64,000 nt of DNA from a virus (taxonomy: Duplodnaviria; Caudoviricetes), in the IMG/VR virus record IMGVR_UViG_2706795976_000001, positions 34,137 through 98,136 of that record. The stretch is one strand, 5' to 3'. The notes beneath the pieces are model-generated. The model was not told the DNA's origin and ran no database searches. It was given only the letters and a program-made list of their open reading frames with translations. The number at the start of each line of letters is the position of its first letter. The stretch's first letter is position 1. Positions 42,123 to 52,814 of the stretch are shown in pieces. Position numbers and translations under genes: made by a program.

Positions 42123-42454
42123 AGTCTGAGGACAACTTCTACCGGCTGAAGCCTCGACGAATTCAGGCCCTGCAGTGGACTCATGGCATGGCACCTGCTG
42201 TCATGATCCAATTTACTGACGATCTAGTCAAGATCAACGACGTCGACGACGAATTCCGGGTGTACAACCGTCAATACAACACCTGGGTGCCGTTCTACTA
42301 TGGAGACTGGATCGTAAAGAACCTCACCGGACTTGACGTCATTCCAGACGGGTTGTTCTCTCAGCACTGGGAGCCGGACGAGAGGCCCCACGCCGGATCA
42401 ATCAAAACGGTCGAATTTGGTTCGATCTCGGTTAACAAATGGCCCACCCAGTAG
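42119..42454 (+). CDS. Divergent paralog of the preceding gene
   Basis: KPRRIQALQW...GDWIVK...F...WE. Confidence 0.55.
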   Translation: MKSEDNFYRLKPRRIQALQWTHGMAPAVMIQFTDDLVKINDVDDEFRVYNRQYNTWVPFYYGDWIVKNLTGLDVIPDGLFSQHWEPDERPHAGSIKTVEFGSISVNKWPTQ

Positions 42455-43155
42455 TCTATATCGTCCGACCTCCCAACCACCCGGGCGAGGACAACATCGA
42501 GCTGCGATACAGCCTCCGGTCCCTCGAGAAGAACTTCCCACACACGGACGTCTTCATTGTCGGCGATATGCCGGAGTGGGTCCGTGGTGTGGAGTTCATC
42601 AAGGGGAACTGCGGCCACACCTCGCAGGCGAACGTGTACAATAACATTCGGCGATTCTGTCAACTCGACTGGACCCCCGACACGTTTGGGCTCTTCAACG
42701 ACGACTTCATGGTGACCGCTGAGGTGCCAGGGTGTCCACCGTGGAAACGAGGCCAGCTATCCGACCACCTGCAGGAGAAGCGTGTGGTGCGCAATGCTGG
42801 ATGGTGGCTGGAATCGCTCAAGACGACCAAGATTTGCCTTGAGGCACACGGCTATTCGAGCGCAATGAGCTTTGAGCTGCATGTGCCCTTCCACGTCGAC
42901 AAACAGGTGATGCGGAAGGTCCTCGGCCAATTCCAGTACGTCACACCGGATAACCCCCCACAGTGGCGAACGCTGTACGGCAACTTCCACGTGCCATGCT
43001 ACGACTACATGGTCCACGAGGATAGGAAGGCGTACACTGGAGACTGGAGTGCCGGGCTGATGCTCCCATTCCACTCCACCACAGATCAAACCTTCAGGTA
43101 CTCCCGAAAGGCCCTGGAGACAATGTTTCCCAGCAAATCCAAGTACGAGGAGTAA
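42439..43155 (+). CDS. Stealth-like (CR2) sugar-phosphate transferase
   Basis: ELRYSLRSLEKN, PEW, FNDDF motifs. Confidence 0.65.
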   Translation: MAHPVVYIVRPPNHPGEDNIELRYSLRSLEKNFPHTDVFIVGDMPEWVRGVEFIKGNCGHTSQANVYNNIRRFCQLDWTPDTFGLFNDDFMVTAEVPGCPPWKRGQLSDHLQEKRVVRNAGWWLESLKTTKICLEAHGYSSAMSFELHVPFHVDKQVMRKVLGQFQYVTPDNPPQWRTLYGNFHVPCYDYMVHEDRKAYTGDWSAGLMLPFHSTTDQTFRYSRKALETMFPSKSKYEE

Positions 43156-43637
43156 CCGTGGATAACCCGTTCGAAGCGCACTTTGAAGAGTACTACCAGG
43201 GCTTCATGGAGAATACCGGTGAAGTACTCGAGGAGTTCCGCCGGATGCGCACCGAGGACCCGGATGCGGTCATCGCAGCACTGATGGGCGTCACCTTCGT
43301 CCAGCTCCTCCTGAGTGAATCAGGGTTCCTCCCCGAGGACCTTGCCGACACCGTGGAGAAGTATGCCTTCAAGTTTGAGAATGCCCTCCTCAAGCTTGCC
43401 GAGGAACCCAAGACCGAATGATCGCCGCCCTGGTCAACTACGCTCACGTCGGCCGGAAGCTGAAGATCTCCAGCCTGGATGGACTCATCCTAGGAGTGAA
43501 GCACCGAAGACGCGGGCGGTCGGTTGACATCGTATTCGAACTCGAGACCACCTTAGGCGCAAAGACTGTCGTGGTCTCACCCCGGACCGAGGTAACCCTA
43601 CTCGAGCCGGTTCTACCCAGGGAGTGGAGAGACTAAG

Positions 43638-44078
43638 TTGGTTTCCCGCAGGTGTCGTGATTGTGAAGCAGAGGGTATTACCTCCCGACGAAAGGCTCCG
43701 TATCCGGGCCCGAGATGCACAACGCACAACAGACAGCGACGGTCCGAGCGTCGGTCCACCGATCACGCCAGACGCCTGCAAGCGGTGTACAACCTCAAAC
43801 TCAGCGAGTACGAAGAGATCCTAGCTCACCAGGGTGGCAAGTGTGCCATCTGCCAGCGAGCAACCGGCAAGAGCCGACGCCTGTCCGTGGATCACAAGCA
43901 CGAGAAGGATGGCGGTGGATACATCCGAGGACTTCTGTGTGGCCCTTGTAACCGAGATGTGTTGGGCCACCTACGAGACAACGTAGAAGCTCTGCAGCGT
44001 GCGATTGACTACCTCACGAATCCGCCTGCAGTAGAAGTGATCGGAGTGAGGTATGTACCGTTTGATGAGGAGTTGTAA
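43638..44078 (+). CDS. Endonuclease VII (Holliday junction resolvase-like)
   Basis: Y......QGGKCAIC...LSVDHKH...IRGLLCGPCN..LG. Confidence 0.88.
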   Translation: MVSRRCRDCEAEGITSRRKAPYPGPRCTTHNRQRRSERRSTDHARRLQAVYNLKLSEYEEILAHQGGKCAICQRATGKSRRLSVDHKHEKDGGGYIRGLLCGPCNRDVLGHLRDNVEALQRAIDYLTNPPAVEVIGVRYVPFDEEL

Positions 44079-44259
44079 TGCCGGAGTACATCGTTGAGTA
44101 TGAGGTGACGGTGGTTGACCACCGGTCGGTGCATATTCACTACGCCGAGGACGAGAAGGATGCTGTTGAGAAGGCTTACGAGTACGCAGAATCCTTCGCC
44201 GAGCTGAATGGTGTCCACTACGACGAGCTCGGGGTCACCGCAGTCACGGAGCTGACGGT

Positions 44260-44598
44260 ATGATAGTTGGAGTCCTTAGTACCATCTACGTGGTCCTGTC
44301 CATCCTAGTGGGGGTTAATCTAGTGCGTGTCAGTCGATTTCATGGTGAAGGGGCCCTCGGTCAGATCGCCTCATTCGTGGTCGGGTTCGCCCATCCAGCC
44401 TTCGTGGCTTACTACGCCGTGAAGACCCTGGCCGTCCTGATCTGGACTCCACGCCCGTATCTCGAGATGACGCAGCGCTACCCGGGGCAGCTCGCTCAGA
44501 CCGTGGTGTTCAACAGCAACTACTCCGAGATCGAGAACTATGTGGCTCGACAGAAGAAGGATGAGCGCCGAAGGATGATGAGGTACACGCAGCGATGA
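44260..44598 (+). CDS. Membrane protein
   Basis: Two hydrophobic segments. Confidence 0.5.
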   Translation: MIVGVLSTIYVVLSILVGVNLVRVSRFHGEGALGQIASFVVGFAHPAFVAYYAVKTLAVLIWTPRPYLEMTQRYPGQLAQTVVFNSNYSEIENYVARQKKDERRRMMRYTQR

Positions 44599-45005
44599 AG
44601 AAGTCGAAGACCATTGACACCTGGGAGTGCGACCGGTGTGAATCGAGGGAAGAGTTCGATCCCGAGCAGCACACTGGCCCGAAGGATTGGGCGGAGTTCA
44701 AGTGGCCGTTCCCGTATGAGACCAGGCTGCTATGCGGCAGGTGCTGTAATGACCTAAAGGCATGGGTAGCTATGGGCCCCTTTGCTCCTCCTGTCATGCT
44801 TCCCGACGATGGTTGGGTGGACATCGGCCGGATCGCCCCCGACCAGTTCAAGGTCCACGACCACGATCTCGACCCCAGCTGCAAGGAGATCGTCCTGAAG
44901 GACGGCCGACGCATTGGGGAGTGCCTGCTGCCACCAGGTTCGTATATCGCCTTCAGGCCCTTCACGGCAACCTTCTCGAACAGGCCATACCCCGATGGAC
45001 AGTGA
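44595..45005 (+). CDS. Hypothetical zinc-binding protein
   Basis: CDRC ... LCGRC. Confidence 0.5.
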   Translation: MKKSKTIDTWECDRCESREEFDPEQHTGPKDWAEFKWPFPYETRLLCGRCCNDLKAWVAMGPFAPPVMLPDDGWVDIGRIAPDQFKVHDHDLDPSCKEIVLKDGRRIGECLLPPGSYIAFRPFTATFSNRPYPDGQ

Positions 45006-45648
45006 CGACAAGCCTAAGAAGAAGCGTCCCGAACGCAAGGTCGTAGAGACCGTCCACTTCAATGCTTCGGGGCGCAAAGAGGATTCGGCCAAGAATAACG
45101 AGCAGCTCGAGAAGGAGTACGTCCGTGAGGCGTTGGCGAAACCGCCGACCGAGGGGCGTGACTACTTCTACGAGATGCTGCTCAACATGCGCGTACCGGC
45201 TGATAAGGAGAACAACCTCCCGTCGGTAGAGTTCTTCAATCCGGTGGGAATCCGTCTGGCCGACGCACTTTGGGATTTCGGGTACAGACGCATCCCCGAG
45301 CTCGAGGTCATGCGGTGGCGACCGTCCGCTGGCATGGCTGGCCAGATTCACGAGATGGACGAGGGGATCTACTACTACAAGGATCCCGAGACCGGCGAGT
45401 GGCCGGATGTCGACCCCATCGACTACATCAACCCGGATGATATCCGCACCGAACCGGATCCAGAAAACAAGGGACAGTTCGTCGCGACGCACATTCAGTC
45501 CGGACACCAGGCTCGAGGTCGCAACCGCATCAAGGCCCACAAGGCGCTCCTTGACAAGCTCGACGACATTGAGGAGAATGGCCTCCCAGATGAACCACCC
45601 GAGGGCATGAAGTCCCGGGTACCGAAACCTGATCGTGATGATGACTAA
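44995..45648 (+). CDS. Hypothetical protein (DUF2744-like)
   Basis: 'LADALWDFGYR' motif. Confidence 0.5.
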   Translation: MDSDDKPKKKRPERKVVETVHFNASGRKEDSAKNNEQLEKEYVREALAKPPTEGRDYFYEMLLNMRVPADKENNLPSVEFFNPVGIRLADALWDFGYRRIPELEVMRWRPSAGMAGQIHEMDEGIYYYKDPETGEWPDVDPIDYINPDDIRTEPDPENKGQFVATHIQSGHQARGRNRIKAHKALLDKLDDIEENGLPDEPPEGMKSRVPKPDRDDD

Positions 45649-46291
45649 GCCGTGCCTGGAATGTGGACTACCCCTAACTCCAGAAAGTCGAAGTAGCCGG
45701 AAGTATTGCGATGAATGCAGAGTCGCGCGGCGGCGGGAGAGGGGGCGAAGGTACGCGCGTCGACGTTACCAGGCCGACCGCGAGGCGGTGTTGGAGTATA
45801 ACCGGAAAGACTACGCAAACAATCGTGATAAGCGTCTAGATTACAAACGCAGGCATTACCTGGAGCACCAGGAAGAGTACCGGGAGTACGCACGTAGGTA
45901 CCGAGAGGAGAATCTTGACTCGCGCAAGGAGTATATGCGCCGTTACCTCGTTGAAAACCCAGAAGTAGCACGCCTGGGGCAACATCGCCGCCGCGCTCGT
46001 AAGCGCTCCAACGGCACCCAGGCCTACACGTTTCAACAGATTTGGGATCGCCACCAGGGTATTTGCTACCTATGCCACCAAGCCTGTGATCGTGATAAGG
46101 GCCCGGGATACAACGAATGGTTGGGCACTGTGGACCATGCGCACCCCATCTGGCTTGGGGGAGCGGACGCCCCGTGGAACGCCGCCTTGTGTTGCCTTGG
46201 GTGTAACCTGAAGAAAGGTCGCCAAGTCTTGGCTGAGCTGGATTTTGCCTGGTTTACACAGCGAACACGGCCTGATACCCTCGAGCCATGA
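45635..46291 (+). CDS. HNH endonuclease
   Basis: CLECG..YCDEC; CYLC...TVDHAHP...GG....N....C..CN.KKG. Confidence 0.85.
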   Translation: MMMTKPCLECGLPLTPESRSSRKYCDECRVARRRERGRRYARRRYQADREAVLEYNRKDYANNRDKRLDYKRRHYLEHQEEYREYARRYREENLDSRKEYMRRYLVENPEVARLGQHRRRARKRSNGTQAYTFQQIWDRHQGICYLCHQACDRDKGPGYNEWLGTVDHAHPIWLGGADAPWNAALCCLGCNLKKGRQVLAELDFAWFTQRTRPDTLEP

Positions 46292-47004
46292 CTCAAATTC
46301 TCACTGCCGTGGTCGGATCGCGTCTTCACGGTAACGCCCGCGAGGACAGTGATACCGACCTCCACGGCATCCATGTCGATCGCACCATGGACCTCGTCGG
46401 TGTGGGCCCTGTGCCTCACCCGGTCAAGGTGGATCAGAGCAAGCCTGACGTCGACTTCACATCGTGGGAGATCGGTCACTGGGCCAACATGGCGCTGCAG
46501 GGCGAGCTGAACTGCCTCGAGGTGCTCTGGGCAGAGGAGTACCCCACACTCACCACGAAGGGCTCGGAGCTCATCGCCATCCGGGACTCGTTCTTGTCGC
46601 AGCGCATCCGGCCGAAGTGGATCGGGTGGTGCAATGGGATGGCCAAGCGTGTCGGCAAGGGCCAGGGTCGCGCCCGTACGGAGCTGGGGCGCACCAAGGA
46701 GGCCTTCCACTGCCTGCGCATCCTAGATATGCTTCGTTTGGCCTGGAAGGATGGCATTGTACAGCCTCATCCACCCCATGCACAGGCCCTCTGGCGCGCC
46801 GCAGAGACTCTCATCCACAACGACGGCTTGGATAATGACGGCTGGGCGGGTCGACAACTACAGGGCGACATTGAGCTGACCATTCAGTTCACTAAGGACC
46901 ACGAATCCGCCCTCCCCGAGGAGCCTCCTCTGTACGTCATCCAGGACTACATGACTGAGGTTAGGTTAATCCACTTCAGGGGCTCGACAAACATCCCCTT
47001 CTGA
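46288..47004 (+). CDS. DNA pol-beta superfamily nucleotidyltransferase
   Basis: VGSRLHG....SDTD..G, E..H......G..N.LEVL, K...H.LR. Confidence 0.82.
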   Translation: MTQILTAVVGSRLHGNAREDSDTDLHGIHVDRTMDLVGVGPVPHPVKVDQSKPDVDFTSWEIGHWANMALQGELNCLEVLWAEEYPTLTTKGSELIAIRDSFLSQRIRPKWIGWCNGMAKRVGKGQGRARTELGRTKEAFHCLRILDMLRLAWKDGIVQPHPPHAQALWRAAETLIHNDGLDNDGWAGRQLQGDIELTIQFTKDHESALPEEPPLYVIQDYMTEVRLIHFRGSTNIPF

Positions 47005-47246
47005 GGGTACGATGAGTGCGTTCACTACAGAAGGAGGATGATGGGTATGTCAGAGACTGGCAGCCGGTGGATCACCGGGGTAAGCCTAGGGGTCGTGGCG
47101 GTATGTTTCGGGGTGCTACTGGGTGGCATCGTCGAGGAGAGGCAGCAGGAGAAGTGCGAGGATGCACAGTCCTACACCTACTCGATCCATGAGGACCCGC
47201 TGGCTACCGACCTGCGCGCGGCCCTGGAGTACACGGGGGTGCTGGG

Positions 47247-47570
47247 ATGAAAGTCGAAGTGACAGAACGGGACATCGACGCGGCGTTCGAGGCGCTACAG
47301 AAGGAGCTCGCACCACGCGCTGAATGTTGTGCGGTGTCCCAAGCGGTGCATCGAAAGCGCGGAGTGAACTTCGTGTCGACGGGTCACTACTCACTAGGTG
47401 TCAGTCGGTGGTCGGAGCGACAGGAACAAGGCCAGATCACCTGGTACTACTTCCCTGACCGGGTCGGGCAGTTCATCCGAGAGTTCGACCGATGGTCGCG
47501 CTGGCCCGAAGGCGAAGATCGCCCCAAGCCGATCTCGTTTGAGGCCAAGCCGACCAAGGACAACCTATGA
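47247..47570 (+). CDS. Hypothetical protein (paralog of 57171-57452)
   Basis: VEVT..DI...C.V..A...FP..V..F...FD.....P.PI.F. Confidence 0.6.
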   Translation: MKVEVTERDIDAAFEALQKELAPRAECCAVSQAVHRKRGVNFVSTGHYSLGVSRWSERQEQGQITWYYFPDRVGQFIREFDRWSRWPEGEDRPKPISFEAKPTKDNL

Positions 47571-48205
47571 GCTACGTCGATATCAACGAACTCGATATCG
47601 ACCACGTCATCGAGAACAGCTACAAGAACTTCCATTCCAAAGGTCTGGACTACATCTGCCTGCACCGGTCTCCAACGTCGACGGTGAAGCTGTACTTCTT
47701 CGCTGACGCCCATGTGGAGACCCCCGACGTGGTGAACCCCCACTGGCACCGGTATGATTTCTGGACCACTGCGGTCACCGGGGCGGTCGAGAACATCTGG
47801 TACAAGCGGACCATGCCTGAGCGCAAGGTGAGCCCGAATGGTCGAGCTGTGCGCTTGTACAACGCATTCGACTACCGGACTCCACTGCTCGGTGGTGACG
47901 GGTTCTCGTATGTGGGCGACGTTGGGCTGTGGGAGGACTACAGGCTCAGGATCAAGCAAGGCACCTCTCAGCAGTCGTACTACATGAAGTACGACGAGAT
48001 CCACACCATCAACATCGTGGAACCCGAGACGTGCATCCTTCTTGAGCAGCTCGAGGACGTGGTGCCCGTGGATCAGCCGACCGAGACGTTCGCGCTAACA
48101 TCCCGGCCGACACCGTCGATCGCCGACGACGGACTGTATGACAAGTTCACGGCCGACGAGATCGTGAAGAAGCTGAAGTGGCTGAACGAGAAGGTGGGAC
48201 CATGA
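47567..48205 (+). CDS. Cupin-like protein
   Basis: PHWHRYDF.T.V..G.V.N ... EIHTI. Confidence 0.5.
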   Translation: MSYVDINELDIDHVIENSYKNFHSKGLDYICLHRSPTSTVKLYFFADAHVETPDVVNPHWHRYDFWTTAVTGAVENIWYKRTMPERKVSPNGRAVRLYNAFDYRTPLLGGDGFSYVGDVGLWEDYRLRIKQGTSQQSYYMKYDEIHTINIVEPETCILLEQLEDVVPVDQPTETFALTSRPTPSIADDGLYDKFTADEIVKKLKWLNEKVGP

Positions 48206-48623
48206 GCAGAGGGCAGTTGAGCGAAGAGGAATTCCTAGAGGTGATCGCCGCCAAGGGTGGCGCACTCGAAGCGCTGGACTACGGCCTGCATTACAGCGAC
48301 TGCGAGAACGGCGACCTACAGGTGGCTTGGATGAGCCTGGAGCAGGACTGGATCACCTTCCGTCGGGCACTGGCTAGGTTCGAGGACGAGTTCGACATCG
48401 AGCCGTTGTGAGCAAGATCAAGAAGTCGGATTTGCAGGACGAGATCGATACCATGCAGATCGAGATTGATGACCTAAGATCGCGGGTCGTATCGCTCGAG
48501 AGGGATATTCAACACCTCTGCGCCGGACTGGGCACGCGAAGGTGGTCACATCAGGACCCGTGGGACGCCTGGGACGACTAGTGGTGTATTGTTGGGTGTG
48601 TCAATCAGATGTGCTGATCGACA

Positions 48624-48956
48624 ATGGATATCAGGGATGCGGGTTGGCATGCCTTGAGGATGGGAGGTCAGTTGCAGACGAAGGAAGACATCCGGCGGGC
48701 GATCGAGGAGAACCTCAGGGACCTGATGGAGCTCGAGGGAAATGATGGCATCGTCACGGATTGGTTTCTTGGGTTTACCTACACCAGGATGGATGGGGAG
48801 AAGATACGTCGTCCTTCTGCCTCAATATGTTCCAGCAACTCCTCTCCATACACCCTCATGGGACTGCTCACCTACATGGGTTCGGATGTCGCCGATGGTA
48901 TTGACGACGACAACTGGAACGTCATCGAGGGGGAGGACCTGAGTGACGATGACTAG
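48624..48956 (+). CDS. Hypothetical protein
   Basis: ORF in operon. Confidence 0.5.
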   Translation: MDIRDAGWHALRMGGQLQTKEDIRRAIEENLRDLMELEGNDGIVTDWFLGFTYTRMDGEKIRRPSASICSSNSSPYTLMGLLTYMGSDVADGIDDDNWNVIEGEDLSDDD

Positions 48957-49109
48957 CTGGGAGCCGTGGGACGGTGACATTGATGTCCCTGTGACGGTGT
49001 GCATTATCCACAAGCGGTTCATCCCGTGTCGTCGTACAGAGCCCATGTGTGAGCTGAGCTCCACGCCAGAAGATGTCGAGATGGTACGCAAGTACCAGCA
49101 AGGGTAGAG

Positions 49110-49418
49110 ATGAGTGTCCACGACCAGGTGATCCGAGACATCCTCGAGCGTAAGAGGATTGGTCTCGCCGAGTATGGACAGCACCTACTGCCACACAACG
49201 GCCGGGACGCCCTGCAGGACGCGTACGAGGAGGCGCTTGACATGGCGTGCTACCTTAAACAGAAGATGCTCGAAGATGGAACCGAAAGGAAGGGGAGAGC
49301 CATGTGGTTGGAACTAGGGATCGCGATCGTCAGTCTCTACGGAGGGTGGAAGGCCCGGAAGGCAATCGTAGAGCCCCAGCGTCAGGGTAAGGCACGCTTC
49401 ACTCAAGGCGGGTACTGA
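49110..49418 (+). CDS. MazG-like / dNTP pyrophosphatase-like protein
   Basis: R..IG..EYG..L....GRDALQDAYEEALD...YL. Confidence 0.6.
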   Translation: MSVHDQVIRDILERKRIGLAEYGQHLLPHNGRDALQDAYEEALDMACYLKQKMLEDGTERKGRAMWLELGIAIVSLYGGWKARKAIVEPQRQGKARFTQGGY

Positions 49419-50457
49419 TGCCCACACCCTTTGACCCGCTGTCCCTCACCAAGGATGACATCGGGAAGTACCTCCGGATCGAGACCAAGGTGAAGTCGAA
49501 GCCGATCATCGGCCGGATCACCAACGTGGTGGATCGGAGCACGCAGGGGATGGTTCGCGTCGAACTTGAGATGGCGTTCGGGATCAAGCCATACTTCCTG
49601 ACCAAGAACAACGAGACAAGCTGGGAGGACTGATGGGGTACGCATACTTTGCTGAGCAGCTGGAACTAATCAACAAGGTGACCAAGTTCCTCAACTCAAC
49701 GGACTTGGACAACTCGTTCAGTGTCGGACTTCAGGTCAGGCTGGTGGACTGGGGATCCGGAGACGCCGAGCTAATCGGCGAGTGGTCTGACGAAATCGGA
49801 TCAGACTGCTGGTCGTACGAGGAGAAGTGGAATCCGAAGCCATGAGCGACCTGGAGGTCGATGAGTTTCTGATCATCCTGTGCCAGATAGCTCTCGTCAT
49901 TGCCAAGCTGCTCAACCCCGATCTCGCATCGTGGTGGATGATACTTCTGCCGCTCGAGGTCGGGGTTGGTTTGTATCTACTGAGCATCGCTGTAATCTGG
50001 ATTGTTACCCGAGATATGCGCGAAGATGAGGTACAATAAGAGCATGGCTAAGGAACAGAAACAACAGGTCTGCGCAGGCTTCACGTGGACATTCTCCGAC
50101 GGTGAGGTCAAGGAGTGGCCCTGTGGATCGGTGCTCGATACTGACGCGGGTACCAAGTACTGGAACCACCACTACGAGCAGATCTGTCGGCGCTGCTTCG
50201 ACAAGCACAGCGGGGTGATCACCAAATGAGTGACGAGTTCACACAGAACCACGTCGAGGTCGCTGAGGCGATCATGCGGGTGGCTTTCGAGTCAGCCATG
50301 GACCAACTTTTCGATGAGTTCCAACTCATCATGGACGAGGAAGGGATACCTGAGGAACATCAGGCCACCCTCGTCCGCAAGAGTTTCGGGGCAACTCTTG
50401 GACACGAATACCAAGACTGGCTGAAGGGTTAGTCGCTAGGCCGAAGGAGGCCCCCCA

Positions 50458-51096
50458 ATGAAGAAGTTCAACATTCTGTTCGCCGTGTTGGTGATGATGT
50501 CCACGCTTGTCACCGGCCTAGGCCTGAGCTTCTTCACGGCCGGTGAGGCTCGAGCAGCCTGCCCGGGAGCCGCCTACTTCGCCGTGGGTGGCAATGGGGA
50601 CAACCGATCGGCCAACGTCCCGGGGATCCCGGCTGGAGCCTGGGTACACCGGGTTGGATATCCGGCCGACGTACTTCAGGGAGACAACGCCCGTCGTGTG
50701 GCCATGAGCAACCTCAACCGCGCCGCTCGAGACCTCCGTCGTGCCTGCCCGGGTGCCCGCATCAAGGTGCGCGCGTACAGCCTTGGGGCCAGCGCTGCAT
50801 CCCGAGCCGTGGATTTCTGGCAGACCGAGCCGTACATGGCGCGCAACACCGACGCGACGTACTATGGCAACCCTCGCCGACAGAATCATCGTGGATACGG
50901 TGGCATCGAGCTCGGCCTGCCCAACCTTGGCTTCTATACCATGTGGGGTGCGCGGCACAATGGCCCCATTCCCATCCTGGATGTGTGTCGATTGGGACAG
51001 GACGCCATCTGCGATTCATCGATCCCTCACCTTCGGGATCCAGGTCACGCCCTTAGGGCATGGCAGGGGTACTTTGGTCGTGGTCATTGGTACTGA
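50458..51096 (+). CDS. Secreted cutinase-like serine hydrolase
   Basis: Signal peptide ending EARA; AYSLGA nucleophile elbow; GNP; C...DAICD; C-terminal His. Confidence 0.75.
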   Translation: MKKFNILFAVLVMMSTLVTGLGLSFFTAGEARAACPGAAYFAVGGNGDNRSANVPGIPAGAWVHRVGYPADVLQGDNARRVAMSNLNRAARDLRRACPGARIKVRAYSLGASAASRAVDFWQTEPYMARNTDATYYGNPRRQNHRGYGGIELGLPNLGFYTMWGARHNGPIPILDVCRLGQDAICDSSIPHLRDPGHALRAWQGYFGRGHWY

Positions 51097-51685
51097 GTGC
51101 TCGGTCGAGGCTTGCGATAGGCAAGCTAAGACTCGAGGAATGTGCAGGGCTCATTACCTAAGAGTTTTGCGCGCCGAGAAGGGGATGAGGTCCCAGGGGG
51201 ATTTGTCTCGCCCCGTCGGCCAGCGACAACCTTGCCAAATCGACGGGTGCACCAGGCCGCACTCCGGCCACGGGTATTGTCAGTACCACTGCCGTAGGAT
51301 GGTACACGGGTTTGAACCCAAGATACGCCCCGAACCAAAGACGCCTACTGAGGAATGCTCAGTACCTGGGTGTGGGACGGTCGGTACTCAGGGCGGTGGA
51401 TTGTGTTCTAAGCATTACATGTGGTTGTACCGGTATGGGCTTCACCCCCTGGAGCATGCCTGGATTCTGGAGCAGCAGGATGGACGGTGTGCGATATGCC
51501 GATCCGAGTTCTCAGAAGAGAACCGAATGGTGATTGATCACGACCATTCATGCTGTTCGGGAGGAAAGTCTTGCGGGGGGTGCGTGCGCGGCATCCTCTG
51601 TTTCAGGTGCAACTGGGGACTGGGCAGCTTCATGGACAACCCCCAATCGCTGAGGATGGCTGCAGACTATCTGGATGGGGGGTGA
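51080..51685 (+). CDS. Endonuclease VII-type homing nuclease with N-terminal Zn-finger repeats
   Basis: Three C....C......G.C..HY repeats; QDGRCAIC...IDHDH...VRGILCFRCNWGLG. Confidence 0.8.
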   Translation: MVIGTECSVEACDRQAKTRGMCRAHYLRVLRAEKGMRSQGDLSRPVGQRQPCQIDGCTRPHSGHGYCQYHCRRMVHGFEPKIRPEPKTPTEECSVPGCGTVGTQGGGLCSKHYMWLYRYGLHPLEHAWILEQQDGRCAICRSEFSEENRMVIDHDHSCCSGGKSCGGCVRGILCFRCNWGLGSFMDNPQSLRMAADYLDGG

Positions 51686-52674
51686 CAAGAATGACCAAGT
51701 ACACCCGGGGGTACGTCCCCGAGCACAACGGGTATCCCACGGACGCATACGTTCGCGGGTCCTGGGACGACGTCGAGTTCGCATTCGTGATAGGCGCGAT
51801 CACCTTCGAGCGCTACTGTGAGCTGATGGCAGATAGAGAGTGGGAAGAGTGAATCACAGACCCCTAAACTGGTATCCGATCAGCAACTGCCCGAAAGGCC
51901 CACACCGTGGACCACAGGGCCCCAATGAAGACGTCTCTGTGTGCGACGTGTGTTGGATGATGTCCTACTCGATGCGACCTGAGGGTGAGACGTTCGGTTG
52001 GCACATCGCTGACTGCTCGCTCCCGGTAGACCATGAGTCCTACTGTGTTGGCGGCGGAGATGGACACCCACCCGCCCGGAAGATCAGGGGGTAGGAAATG
52101 GGACTCCGGGAAAGAATCGACTCAATGGATAACAAGAGCAGGAACGACCTCATCTCCCAGGTGGCGAAGAGGATCAACGCGGCCTGCGATCGTCTTGGTC
52201 GAGATCCCGATCCCAGGGTTCGTGGCATAGCCGAAGGGGTTTTGTGTCACTGCGGATCACCAGAGGAGATCGGCGGTATGTGTGCTCCATGCAAGTATGC
52301 CGCCAACGAAGACTGTTGGTGCTCGCTCGAGTAACAATTGAATAACCGGGGATCGAAGCTCTCAAGGAGGAGAGTTATGTCTGTGCGTATGAGCATAGGG
52401 GCCAAGCACGCTTGGTACACCGTGTGGTCCATTGTCCTCGGCTATGATCTGTATTGCCTGCTGTTTCGACCTCCCGGACAGACCATGTCTGAGGAGGTCG
52501 ACACATGGGTTGAGCGTCGGCCGATCGCGACTCGTATCTTCTTCGTACTGCTGGCCGCTCACATAGCAAACCTCACCCCGCCCAAGTATGACGTGATCCA
52601 CCATGGTGCAGTGTTCATTGGTGGCCCCGTTCGCCAAAAGCTAGCCAGAGATTAGCAGTGCGAATACAATCAGG

Positions 52675-52790
52675 GTAGGTGGGTAGGCGATCATGTCCGC
52701 ATACGTCGTCCGGACACGCCCAACCCGAGGACTCGCCTCGAAACACAACAGCCCCGCGCATCCTCCTTCGCCGGGGCTGTTGTTGTATCC
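52675..52790 (+). ncRNA. Candidate structured small RNA
   Basis: TACAAT at 52665-70 followed by three consecutive hairpins, the last with a 12-bp stem and GU tail. Confidence 0.4.
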
Positions 52791-52814
52791 ACGACCCCAC
52801 GAAAGGGGCCAGCT

